NCBI GenBank assembly: GCA_977862235.1
Contig: OZ374558.1
Location: forward strand, 806,001 to 870,000
Length of the DNA stretch: 64,000 bases
Direction of reading: 5' to 3'
Origin: Dudresnaya verticillata
Lineage: Eukaryota
Position 1 is the first letter of the stretch; every line of letters starts with the position of its first letter. Positions 11,617 to 22,828 of the stretch are shown piece by piece. The position numbers and the translations under genes are program-made. The notes under the pieces were generated by a model that did not search any database, was not told the origin of the DNA, and was given only the letters and a program-made list of their open reading frames with translations.

Positions 11617-13943
11617 ATGCCGACGTTCAATGGTGTTCAGGTCGCGGTGCCCTCGGCCGCGCCGGTATACTTATCTCCATACGACTTTGTCGGGAAGAAC
11701 CCGCAGGATCACGGGGACATTTTCGCGCAGGCCCCCTGGTTTGACCAGGAGGCCTTGCGCAATGAGGAGCTCATTGCTCATTACGCTACTAGCGGATTTT
11801 TGCCGGGGGGACTCCCACTTGCCGTCGTTTGGACGATGGATTGGAAGTTGCGCTGCGCGGTGCCGCCCGAGTGGCTGTGGGTTCGCGCAGGGCAATCTCG
11901 TGCGGGCGTTCATGCCAAGTTCGTCGCAGACGTGTATCGTCGTCCGACGCGTTATCCGTGCTCGGCGTTAACGCCGGCCATTTTCGAGTTCGATGCCGGT
12001 CAATACCGGACCAAGGGCGAGATCGAATATGGGAATCGTCTAGGGACGTTGTCGCTCAAACATCTGAGCGATTCGGCGGAGCCGCGTATTAGGCAGGAGG
12101 CATATCTTCTGGAAGTACGCTTGAAAGCGGATTTTCGTTACCAACACCGAACGGGGACGTTCTTTTGGGAACGATGCATACGTTGGGAATGTGAAACGCG
12201 TCGCCGAAAGGGCGTTTTCGTAGCCTACCAGGATATGCAGGTCGATCATATCGAACGCAGTAAGTTGCCTCACTGCTTCGTGAAGGTACCGCCCGTTTGG
12301 CGAGAGTTCGAAATTTGCGAAGGTTCCGCTTCCGAACTTCCTCCGTGTCTCACGTATATCGGTGGTGGGTCATGTTCTACACCGAATGGGTGGCAAACGT
12401 AGCGTACGCATGGATGTGGGAGGTGTATGACACCTTCCGCGTGTATTATCTGCCACCTCGCATAGTCGCGTCTCTTGGTGGCCTGGACCTAGCTGAGATA
12501 CTCGGCGGGTCGAGGAACAGCCAGGAGTTCTGGGATTTGCGCTCAGTAGCGGATGAAATTAACTGGAACGACTCGGCGATGGTGCCGTTAGGGAACAACC
12601 GTCGTAAGACGAACCGCCCGCGATTCGCGATGAGTCGTACTCACTCCGCCTGTGGCGATTGGATCCATTATAACCCATGGACAAAGCGTCGTACGACGAA
12701 GAACGTTGCGGAGCGCCATCGCAAAACGGATCGCTTCACCCCGGGTAATCATCCGCGTGGTTTGCGTAAGAGCTGCGACTTTGTCGGTGATTTTCCTCCG
12801 CACTTGAGTGCCTTGATGGCCGAGGAAGATACTTTTATCGCCGATGGCGAACCGGATAACCCGTCTGGGACGGCTGTTGCTACGCCTATGGCGGTTGAGT
12901 CATCTGCCGAGGCTGCGGCTCCACCATCAGCTTTACCACAAGGGTCTGCCGGTGGTGTTGGGGTGTTAGCTGGCTTGCCAGTTGTGGCACCTTTGGACCT
13001 CGCGGCTCCCGTCTCGGACGTTGATGGCGATGCCGTTATGGCGACGCCAATAGTCGAGTCGGCTCCGCCGACCGTAACGCCTCAAGGCGTAGTACCAAAC
13101 GTCATAGACGGGTCTGTGAAGGCGCCCTCGGTGCCAGTCTGGACCGAGGAACAGCGCCGCACCGTGCTCTCCTTATTTCGTGCAGCTGGAGTCGCTACTA
13201 GCGGTTTGAATGGCTCGCCCACTGAGTGGGTGAGCCAGTCTCTGGCGGCTGCGCCGCGTACCCAGAGTGCGTCGGTGCCGGTGCCGATGGTTGGCGTAGG
13301 TTCTGCGTCGAAATACGGTGCAGACGGAAAGTCGTCGTCGCCTAAGGCGACTGGTTCAGCGTCCAAAGACGTAATTGCTAATGTACCGCCAGCGGCGAGC
13401 GAAGCAGATGCCGCTACCACGTCTCCGACGGTTGAGGAGGGTCCAGTGGCCCCTGCGTTGATGACGGATATAGAACCAGTGACGCCAAAGGCGGGTGAGG
13501 GGTCTACGTCAGTTCAGACGGTTGCGATAGTTGCGCCGAAGACGGTTGGTTCTGCTGCGACGCCGAAGGCGAGTGATGAGTTAGACTCTGCGCCCAAGGC
13601 GGTTGTGGTTGCTTCGTCGTCCAAGGGTACAGTCCCTGCAAGTACGCCGAAGGCGGATGTTATCGTGGCAGCGCCGGAGGCGAATGTCCGACTTGGTTCT
13701 GCGCCGTCGGCGGTTGGTAAAGCCAAAGAGGCCTCGCCGCCTAAGGCGGGTGGTGAGTCGAACTCTTCGCCAGTGGCGCATATTACTCCTTCAGCTGTGG
13801 CGGTGGCGGTGCCTTTGCGGTCCGTCCCTGTTGCCGCTGTGGGTGTGCCGTCAGTGACGGAAGACGACCTCTATGAAGAGGCGTTGAGGGAGTCCGCCGA
13901 GGGCGATGGTGCGGCGGACTCGGCCAAACCGTCTGCGACGTGA
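11617..13943 (+). pseudogene. Antisense accessory ORF of element 2, frameshifted near 12360; conserved N-terminal domain plus A/P/S/T-rich tail
   Basis: ORFs 11566..12402 and 12297..13943 together align colinearly with the element 1 antisense ORF. Confidence 0.8.
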
Positions 13944-15422
13944 CATAGTTAGCGTCGTTTAGGGCGGAAGGCCTTCGCGGGGGTGCGTATTGTGGTACCT
14001 TTTCGGCTCCTTTGCGGAGTCGGGAGGCAAGGCGTCGTACGTCGTTGACGACGAATGTGTTAAATGTTCTGCGGCGTTTAGCCGCCGTGGCTTGTAGCTT
14101 GGGCGCGGGGCTTCCCCGTTGCTTAGCCCGAATAAATTTTATCGTTGGTAACGTAGTCTGGTTTCGTCCCGCTGCAACCGTCGTGTTGCAGCCGTCGCGT
14201 TGTAGTGTGTTGCCATCGCGTTTCTTTTCTCGTCGTGCCGACGTTATTGTATTAATCGTCGAGAGACGTTACTTGGGCGTTGTACCTCCCTTCTTTGTTC
14301 GCTGCATTAGCGTTGTGTAGCGCGCCTGGGGCGTTGTTTTCGGAACTGCGTCTCGTTGACGACAAATATTGTCGACGTTGTCGGGGCCGAGCCTCTTGAT
14401 TATTTCGCTTAGCAAAGCGTTTCTTTGCGTTGCATTTCATCCTGCCACGCTCGACAGAGTCGTCATGGGTGGCTCGCTCAGATCGTTGTTGGGTGTCGTC
14501 GCGTTCGGTCCGCGGCTTGCGCGTGAGCGTGGGCCGTTTGCACGCCAGGGGCGTATTCTTTTCGCCTGGTGTGTAGCTTAGCGTCTGTAGCTTAGTTGTG
14601 CGCATCGTCGTTGACGGAGGTCGACGTGTGGGGGGTGAGGTGGCTTCTGGTGGTGAGCGGGTCGCCTTGTTCCTCGTCTCTGACGTTCTCCTTCGAGGGT
14701 GGGGAATGGTCGTCGCGCGACTGTGGCGGCCATTCCCAGCGGCGGAGCCGTTGCGCGATTTGGTTAGCGATTCGGTTGTGCGTCGTGCACGGAACCGTGA
14801 TAAACGCGTCCTCGACGACTCACTCCCCCCCTTTGTCGGAGGGGTCGGCGGCGTGCCCCTTCTTCGGGAGGTGCGTCGGCGGCGTGGTGCGTGTGTTCGT
14901 GCCCGGCCGAGCCGTTCGCTGGCTGGGGAAGTGAAGGCTGCAGCGACTTGGCCGTGGTGCGCAAGCGTGCGGCAACGTCGGGGACGGTCTTTGCGCGTTA
15001 CGAAGTGCGTCTGACGTTGGGCGTGCCGGTAGCACCAGTGCTGCCACTTGGCATACCTTGTTTGGCGTAATGGTTGATTGTCGGGTAGTGCGCCTCCCCT
15101 TTGTTTGTGCATTAAATTTTCCAGCTCGCGTCTGCGTCTGCAATGGGATTGGTGAGGCGCGTACCTCGGCGAGTGATCGGGAGCCACTGTCAGCCACCCG
15201 CGCATCCGGGGCGTTGTATGAGGGCCTTTTGGTGTGGTTGTCTTCGACGCCAGATTTGCGTCCGGCTCCGTCTGTGACGTGTGTGCTTGATTGTCGCCGC
15301 GGCGGGTGTGTCCGCGTCCACGTACGTGAGAGGGGGATTCCACGCCGTTGGCGACGTTTGCGTGCCCGTGCAGTCTCTGAACGTCAGCGTATTCGCTATT
15401 AGCGTTGTTTTCCCGGTTAGGG

Positions 15423-18400
15423 TTATCCGCGCTGGGCGTCGTCAATATTTGGAGGCAGGCGCGTGTGCTTCCGACGGTGGTACCGCACGGCGTGTGATCG
15501 CGGCAAACTGGACACGGGCTCCCAGGTGTTCGCTGAAGCGGGGTATCCAAACCACTTGACGCGGTAGAGGATCTCACCATCATCCGCGTAGGCGTGCGAC
15601 TCGATGCGTTCGATAACGTATTCTTTCCCGCTCACAGTGTTCGGCTTGGACCGGTGTCCTTCCAGCGCCTTTGGCGGTTCGTCTCGTTGCGTTATGGGCG
15701 TCTGTTCCGGTTCGGCGAAGCGTACTCGACGAGTTGATCGCCGAAGGTGTTGGCCTTGGGCCTCGGACGCTCGATCAGCGGTAAGTGGGTTGTTGCGTCT
15801 TGAGACGAGTCCATCGCTTGCAGCGCCTTGCTTCGTGCTTGCACGGTTAACGTCGTCGTTATCGGAAGCGCTTTCAGCGGATTCATTGTTCTCATTCGGC
15901 AGCGCCATAGCGACGTGTTCCAAACGGGTGCGAACCCCTGGGGTATTGTCGTCGTTGGAGACGGATTGCGAAGCGCGGTCGTCGGGATCGGCGGCGAAGG
16001 GCGAAAGCTCTGCCAACCCACGACTGCGTGACGCTGTGGTCGTACGCTCTTGCGGATCTCTCGCAGTATGCGAAGTCTCTGCGTCCCCCTCCGGGTCCGC
16101 TGGTAGCGTGCTTGGGGTAGTCGTCCCTTCTTCTTGTGACGTGGGGGCGACTGCGTCCTGCTCCTCAGGCGGACCTGGTGGTACGACGATTGGAGGGGCC
16201 GCCTGACCCGGTGGGGTCGGTGCCCAGACCACGCGATTTCGGGACAAACGTTCCCGCTCATCACGTCCCTTGTCGACGGTTACTGTCTCGTTATCACCGT
16301 GAGTTACCCGGTATGGTCCGTCCGCCACTGGCGCCAGCTTATGCTTACGCTCTGCGCGATCCGTGCTCCCGCCTCGGGCGAAGTATTCCTTACGTACGAA
16401 TACGAAGTCGCCTATGGCGATTGTTTCCTTCGATTTCCTTAATCGGGTATCGAAGTTTCGTTTGTAACGTGCTTGAGTTTTCTCTAATGACGCTTTAGCG
16501 GTTCCCATCAGTGCGGCCAACCACGTTCGCCACTTGGTGTAGTATTGCCCCGCGGTGAGTATGATTTCGAGCGACGGTTCCGCTTCGAGCGACAGTGGCC
16601 GTGGTGGCTTAGACAGCACCAATTCAAACGGAGCGAGATGCGTAGACGAGTGCAACTGTGTATTGTATGCGAACGTCAAGGCATCCGTGAACAGGTCCCA
16701 GTCTCTCGGATGATCCGCAACGTAGTGACGCAGCGAGGCCAGGATAGTTCGATTGAATCGTTCTACCTGGCCATTGCATTGCGGATGATACGTCGTGGTG
16801 AAGAGATTCTTCACTCCCAAAAGACGGCAGATATCCTGAAACAGCTTAGCCACAAACTGTGGTCCGTTTTCGGACAACAGTTTCTTGGGAGGACCGTACA
16901 CGAAGACCCAATGTCGTACAAACGCCTTAGCGATTTCCAATGCCGTAATACTACGCAGTGGGACCGTCCGGACCAGCTTCGAGAAGCGGTCCACAATGAC
17001 GAGTAGGAACTTGTTTCCTCGCTTCGTGCGTATGAGTTCGCCCAGGATGTCGATCGATACGAATTCGAGAGGCTCGGTTGCCGGGAACAACTTCAATTGC
17101 TTGGTGTTCTTTCGCAGCAATACGCGATTCTTAGCGCAGGTTACGCAGTTGCGGACGGTCGCATAGCAGTCCACTGGCATCGATGGCCAGTAGTATTCGC
17201 GTCGAAGTGTATGATACAACTTACGCCCCCCTGGGTGCCCTGCCAACTTGGCGTGGTGCCGGAGGTGGAGTAAGCGAGCGCGTAACGCGGAGGGTACGAC
17301 CACTTGCGGACGGACTTCCACGGTTCGGACCAACAGGCCCTGTTCATCCGTTGCGAACGGTAAGATGATCCCGTCATCCAGACGTTTCCTGACATCGTTA
17401 CAGTATTTGTCATCGCCTTGGGCGTGTACCAACTCCTCATGCGTCACTTGACGAAGGAGTACCTCATCCGCCGGTGGCGTGTTGTTGATCAACACTTGGT
17501 CGAACTCCTCGAACTCTCGTTCGGCGAAGTCGACCTCGCCTTCGGCGTCTGACAAATCGTCTTGTGACGTTTGATGGCCGTCTTCGACGTAGCTTCCGTG
17601 ATAGCACGGTATATCATCGTCAATGGGCTCGACGTTTTCTCCCTTCGTCTGTAGACGCGAAAGGGCATCGGCCTGAGTATTCAGGTACCCTTTTTTGTAC
17701 TTCACGACAAAGTCGAACTCGGAAAGGCGAAGGCGCCACCGCATTAACCGTCCAGAGGGGTCGCTGATTTCCATCAGCCACCTCAATGACAAATGGTCCG
17801 TATGGACTGTGAACGACTCCATCTGGAGGTAAGGTCGCAGCGTCATGACGGACCATACTACTGCGAGGAACTCCTTTTCGGAGACCGAGTAGTTACGCTC
17901 TGGAGCGGTGAGCGAGCGGGACCAGAAGCTGAGTGGCTTACGTTCCCCGTCTGGCTGCGTTTGAAAGAGAGCGCAGCCAACCTGATACTCGCTTGCGTCA
18001 CAGTCGACGGAATAGGGGAGACCCTGTTGTGGTAGCGCCAGTATAAGCGGATGAGTCACGGCCTTGACGAGCGTACTGAACGCTTTGGCTTGTGTCTCAT
18101 CAAACGGTTGTAACCGGAAGTCCTGTTCCTTCCTCAGCAACTTGTTGAGGGGGGCAGCGACATGCGCGTATCGCGAGACGAACCGTCTGTAGACGTTACA
18201 AAGACCGAGGAAACTCCGTAGCTCCTTCTGATCCCGTGGATGCTTGGCTTCGCGTAGCGCGGCAGTGACAGTTCAGTCAACTTCTAAACGTCCTGGACGT
18301 ATGACGTGTCCTAAGTAGTTGACGGTCGGGGTGAAGAAGTCACACTTGGTCAACTTCAGAGTCACCCCGGCGCGGTGCAATGTCGAAAGGATCTCGTCAA

Positions 18401-20140
18401 CATGACGGAAGTGACTGTCGATGTCGCTGGAGAAAATTATTACGTCATCGAGGTAGACGAGGCACGAACGCCATTTGTAACCAGCGAGCAGTATGTCCAA
18501 CGTTCGTTGAAACGTAGCGGGCGCGGTCGTGAGACCGAATGGCATACATTTATAGCGGAACAGTCCGGCGTGGCACGTGAACACAGTCTTATCGCGGTCT
18601 CGCGGATTGATCGGCACCTACCAGTACCCACTGTTACAGTCTAGGGTGGTGAAGACGTTTGCTTCCCCTAGGCTGTCGATGCATTCGTCGATACGCGGCA
18701 GCGGGTACGTGTCCCGTATGGTTACTCCGTTTAAACGACGGTAGTCTACGCAAAAGCGGAGGGTCCCGTCCTTCTTGGGGGCGAAGACCACTGGTGACGC
18801 CCAAGGCGATTGTGCGGGTTCGATAACCCCTTGACGCAGCATGCGGTCCACTTCCGCTTGAGCGAGTTGTCTTTGCTTCGGCCCCGCTCGGTAGGGCGGG
18901 GACGATATCGGTCTAGAGCCGGGAAGCAAGTCGATGTAGTGCTCCGTGGTTGAGATTTCTCCCAACGAACCGTCCCACATAGACGAATACTTGCGTAACA
19001 TCTCCTTGAGCCGACCTTGATGCTCGGCGGGGAGATGTCCCAGGTCCAAATCGTCTACTGACGGAGGTTTGGCAGTGGTTGCCTCGATAGACTTCGTGAA
19101 AGTATCCGGCTGTGCCGCAGTGTTATCATTCGTTTGAAAACGGAAATCTTGGTTTGCCTTCTGTTCCTCGGCTTGTTCCTCCGTGAGGCCCAAAACAGCG
19201 GCTAGACTTACGTGACTGGGGAACACTGCTGTCGGATGTGGTAACGCCGTGGCGACGACTTGGCCCTTGGCCAGCGCCTGCGGGCGGGGAGAGAAATTGG
19301 CAACCAGAATGCGAAACGCTTTTAGCGGCTCCACTTGAGCAATCCCGTTCGTAACGGCCAGACCTTGTTTGTCGTACAGCGTTCCGAACGGTTGAATTGT
19401 GATGATGCCGGCTCGCTCGGTGGTCACCGATACCCATTGCTGCGCCTTAGGCGGGATGATCGCGCGCTCGGCGACTCGGATCTTGGGCGACGTCCTCCCT
19501 TCGGCCTTGCCGTATTCCTGTTCCGTTGGTAACGGAGGATACGACGGGGGTCGGCGCAGCGGGCGGCGCGTTATAGGGACACGAGTCCCGTCATCCAATT
19601 CAACCTCGCGACTTCGCGCATATATTGCTTCGACAAAGCGGTCGCAAAAGTCGCAGCCGAGTATAACCGGCGCAGCGAGTCGTTCGCAAACGATCAGTTC
19701 CAACTTGACGACTCTCCGTCCTAGACGAACGACCAGGTCGATGGTACCTCTTGTCCGGATCGCCTTATTGTTGGCGTCGGCTATGACGGGGAGGCTCTTT
19801 GCCACGATGCGCGATCTCGCTTCCAGCGGAATGTCGTCAATGCGAATGAAATTCGGACCCCGTGTCGAGGACAGTGAGTTTACGTGCCAAGGTACTAACG
19901 GTTGCGCCCAAATCGGCGTACAGCTTATAGTTCCTCTTGGCCATTACGAACAACTGCCCTCGCGTTTGGGGGGGCTGGTACCTTCGCCATGGGCGTTTTA
20001 ATGACGTCTGCGACGACTCTATCCGCCCGTTGGCGTCATCGGAAACTAACTTCGGGTCCTCCTTCCGTGTCAGCACCCGAAGCCTAGGCCTTACTTCGCG
20101 GTGCGACACCCCAGTGTCCGGAGTTGGTGCCCGAGTTAGT
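15423..20140 (-). pseudogene. pol: pol of element 2: protease, RT, RNase H, integrase, chromodomain; disabled
   Basis: VLDTG, LRFCVDYRRLN, YLDD, DCDAS, GHPGG..CVTC, VERFNRT, YRVKWFGY..NTWEP; frameshift at ~19860; in-frame stops at 18618-18620 and 18273-18275; integrase SDNG changed to SENG. Confidence 0.95.
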
Positions 20141-22700
20141 TTTTCGCCTGCGGCGGTTGTTGCGGCGCTTCATAGCGGTTGATCATCGTCGGATGACGTT
20201 CGGCCGCGTGCGGCATGGGTCCGCCTCGTGGCGATTGTGGTCGAGCAGCACGGCGAGCAGCGTCGCGGGTCGCGCGTTCCTTGCAACGTACATACGCATC
20301 AGCGGGGACACCAGCCTTCTCGGCTTCGGTTAGTCCTTCATAGTTGGTAATAACCTTCATGAAGTCGCTCATGCGGAGGAAGCAGTCCGGCGCGATGTGT
20401 CCGCGGGCGTAGCATTGGTGGCATACCAGCTGCCGACGCGCGTCTTGACGGGGCGGGCCTCTGTCCTGCCATCCGGGCCTTGCTCGGTGGGCGTGAGGAG
20501 CATACTCGGAATAGGGGACGCGGGGAGCTGGTACGACTGAGCGCCCAAAGGCGAGAGCGGGGTCCATATCCCTTTCGTCTTCGTCATCGACGTAGCTGTC
20601 CGTCGGTAGAGCCGAGATTGGCACCGACGCTTGCTCGTCTGCCAAATACAGATCGCCTTCGGCGTGTGTTTCCATATCATCGACAGGACGACTAACGTCT
20701 CGGAACTCGACGGAGGACTCCGCTATCATAGCGCGCGCTCCAGGCTTGGCGCCTCTCGTCTGTGGACGCAGTACCCCTCGGGTATCGCCGATGGCGGATC
20801 GCGGTGTGCGTACGGCTTGAGCCGGTGTCAGTAGGTCACGTCGTGCTGACGCAGAACCGGCTCTGCCGTGTCGTGCGCGGTTGGCATCCCCTTCGTCCTG
20901 TGCGAAGTGGACCAGCCGCTCAAATGACAACTCCGCCCTTGGCGTGTCTTCTCGGAAGCGAGCGACCAGGGACCTGATCGACGGGTCCAGCCCGTCGATG
21001 TACAGCGTCATCTTTTCCCAATCTGGATATACGTTACCGCAACGAATACACGCACCGGCTAGCCGCATCCCAGAGGTCGTCTCGTCCTCGCTTTGCTTTT
21101 GGGCAGTCGACCTTAGGGCGAGGACAGCGTCCCTGATCGCCGCTGGCGTAGCATACGTACGGAGGAGGTACTGCACCGCCTCCGGGTACGAAGACACTCC
21201 GCCGCGATGGCGAGAAGACGTCGACTTGACGGAGCGGAATTGCGTCGCTGCCGTACCTCGCAAGAAGTACGGCAGTGCGACGAATGCTTGGGCTTCGCTC
21301 ATCTCCAGCGTATCGGCTTCATCCGCGTAACGCGTCAGGAACTCGAGGACCATGACGGGGTCGCTGCCGTTGAAGGCGGCGTCCTTCATGGTCAGCTCCA
21401 GTCGCTTAATGTGGTCCTTGACCTTGCCCGTATCGCGCCCCGAGCGTTTTTGCCCTACGTCTCTGAGACGGTAAGTCCTGTACGATAATATCTGATCGAA
21501 AAGGGGGTTGGAGGGGCGTAGCTCCTTCAACCCCTTGAACCGCTTTCCGCGAGGTCTTGCGGCACTGCCGAGAGCTGGGAAGTCGTCGTCTTCAGACGAA
21601 GAGTCTGATGACTCCCCGTCACTTGATGAATCCGACGAAGAAGATGATGAGTACCCACGTCGATGACGGCTCTTCTTCCGTCTCTGACGCAGCTTGCGTC
21701 GACGTTTCTTCCGATCCTTACGTCTGTGACGATCTTCGCATGAGCTCTCGTCACCAGACGGTGGACCATTGCGCCACTTGGCGGTTTCGAGGCGCTCTAA
21801 GCGGGTCGCGAGTCGCTGAAAGCGTTCGCGTGAGCTAAGCTCAGAATGCGAATGAACCGTTACTGCCGGCGGTGGTTGTGTACCCTCGCCTTGGGCGTTT
21901 TGGTTCGTCAATAGACGGTCGAGGTCGGATCGAAGTCCTTGTAGGACGCCGTTCCGATCCTCTTCCAACGTCTGTAGACGACTTGCGATTCCTCCGACAC
22001 TGTCGTCCAGTAATCCGGCGAATCGAGCGAGCATCGCATCGTCCTCTAAGACGTATACCTCTCGGATCCGTTCGCGTGGTATCGTTAAGTTACTCACGTG
22101 GACGGCCGAGGGTGACGCCGTTGGCGGTTGGCTTTCGCGGTTTGACCGGTCTGGCGTCCCTTGCGCCCTTTGACTTGGCGAATTCGGCTGAGCCGGCGAA
22201 CAACCGGCACTGCCGTGGGGAGTGGGGCAACATGCCCCTTGTGTCAATGGTTCGTCAGCGACGTCGCGCTCCGCGGAGCGCCCTTGATCGTCGTTGACGT
22301 GGTTGCTTGGTTGATCCGGAAGTTCCGGTTGTCCCTCGACGATGTCGGCTTGTGTTCCGTCTACGACGTCCTGTTGCTCGGCTTGTACTGTATCAGCCGA
22401 GTCAACGTAGGAGCGGTAGGTGCGGAGGGCCGATCCCTCGGGGATTGAGGTGCGGACGACGACGGGGTTGTGGCGCGTCGGCGGGGGAGGTAACTCTCCT
22501 CCGTTGAGCGACGCGTGGGAGCCTGCGTGGCCGTGGCCCGGGGGTAGCGTCGGGAACGCCGACGCGATCTCGGGGCTCACGAGGCGCCCAGACCTCGTTG
22601 TCATCCGCTGTTGCGACCGTTCAGACGCGGGTACACTCCCAGGTGTCGAAGACGGTCTTCTTGAACTTGGGCCTCGCGACGGCGGCGGTCGTGAGGCCAT
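20136..22700 (-). CDS. gag: gag of element 2 (854 aa) with CCHC zinc knuckle
   Basis: Open ORF after the PBS; FNGSDP..FL capsid-like region; CHQCYARGHIAPDC. Confidence 0.92.
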   Translation of the reverse strand: MASRPPPSRGPSSRRPSSTPGSVPASERSQQRMTTRSGRLVSPEIASAFPTLPPGHGHAGSHASLNGGELPPPPTRHNPVVVRTSIPEGSALRTYRSYVDSADTVQAEQQDVVDGTQADIVEGQPELPDQPSNHVNDDQGRSAERDVADEPLTQGACCPTPHGSAGCSPAQPNSPSQRAQGTPDRSNRESQPPTASPSAVHVSNLTIPRERIREVYVLEDDAMLARFAGLLDDSVGGIASRLQTLEEDRNGVLQGLRSDLDRLLTNQNAQGEGTQPPPAVTVHSHSELSSRERFQRLATRLERLETAKWRNGPPSGDESSCEDRHRRKDRKKRRRKLRQRRKKSRHRRGYSSSSSSDSSSDGESSDSSSEDDDFPALGSAARPRGKRFKGLKELRPSNPLFDQILSYRTYRLRDVGQKRSGRDTGKVKDHIKRLELTMKDAAFNGSDPVMVLEFLTRYADEADTLEMSEAQAFVALPYFLRGTAATQFRSVKSTSSRHRGGVSSYPEAVQYLLRTYATPAAIRDAVLALRSTAQKQSEDETTSGMRLAGACIRCGNVYPDWEKMTLYIDGLDPSIRSLVARFREDTPRAELSFERLVHFAQDEGDANRARHGRAGSASARRDLLTPAQAVRTPRSAIGDTRGVLRPQTRGAKPGARAMIAESSVEFRDVSRPVDDMETHAEGDLYLADEQASVPISALPTDSYVDDEDERDMDPALAFGRSVVPAPRVPYSEYAPHAHRARPGWQDRGPPRQDARRQLVCHQCYARGHIAPDCFLRMSDFMKVITNYEGLTEAEKAGVPADAYVRCKERATRDAARRAARPQSPRGGPMPHAAERHPTMINRYEAPQQPPQAKN

Positions 22701-22808
22701 GATACAATCGTAGAGTTGCTTGAACGTCGTGGACGATTAGCGACAAACGTCTGAAGACGGAGAGTCGAACGTCGTGCGACGGAGAAACTCGTTGAAACGT
22801 AGCACTGC

Positions 22809-22826
22809 TTCTAGGTCGGGAGACCA
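22809..22826 (-). promoter_or_regulatory. Primer binding site, probably for tRNA-Tyr
   Basis: TGGTCTCCCGACC... 2 nt after the 5' LTR; complement ...TCGGGAGACCA gives G72/A73 as in eukaryotic tRNA-Tyr. Confidence 0.7.
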
Positions 22827-22828
22827 GA

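Noticed and set aside
13960..14030. Hammerhead ribozyme near the CGAAA-containing hairpins
   Set aside because: No CTGANGA core at a suitable position on either strand
14252..15583. 443-aa minus-strand ORF after pol of element 2 (possible env-like gene)
   Set aside because: R/T/P-rich composition typical of GC-rich non-coding frames, no signal peptide or TM segment, overlaps the pol end, no counterpart in element 1
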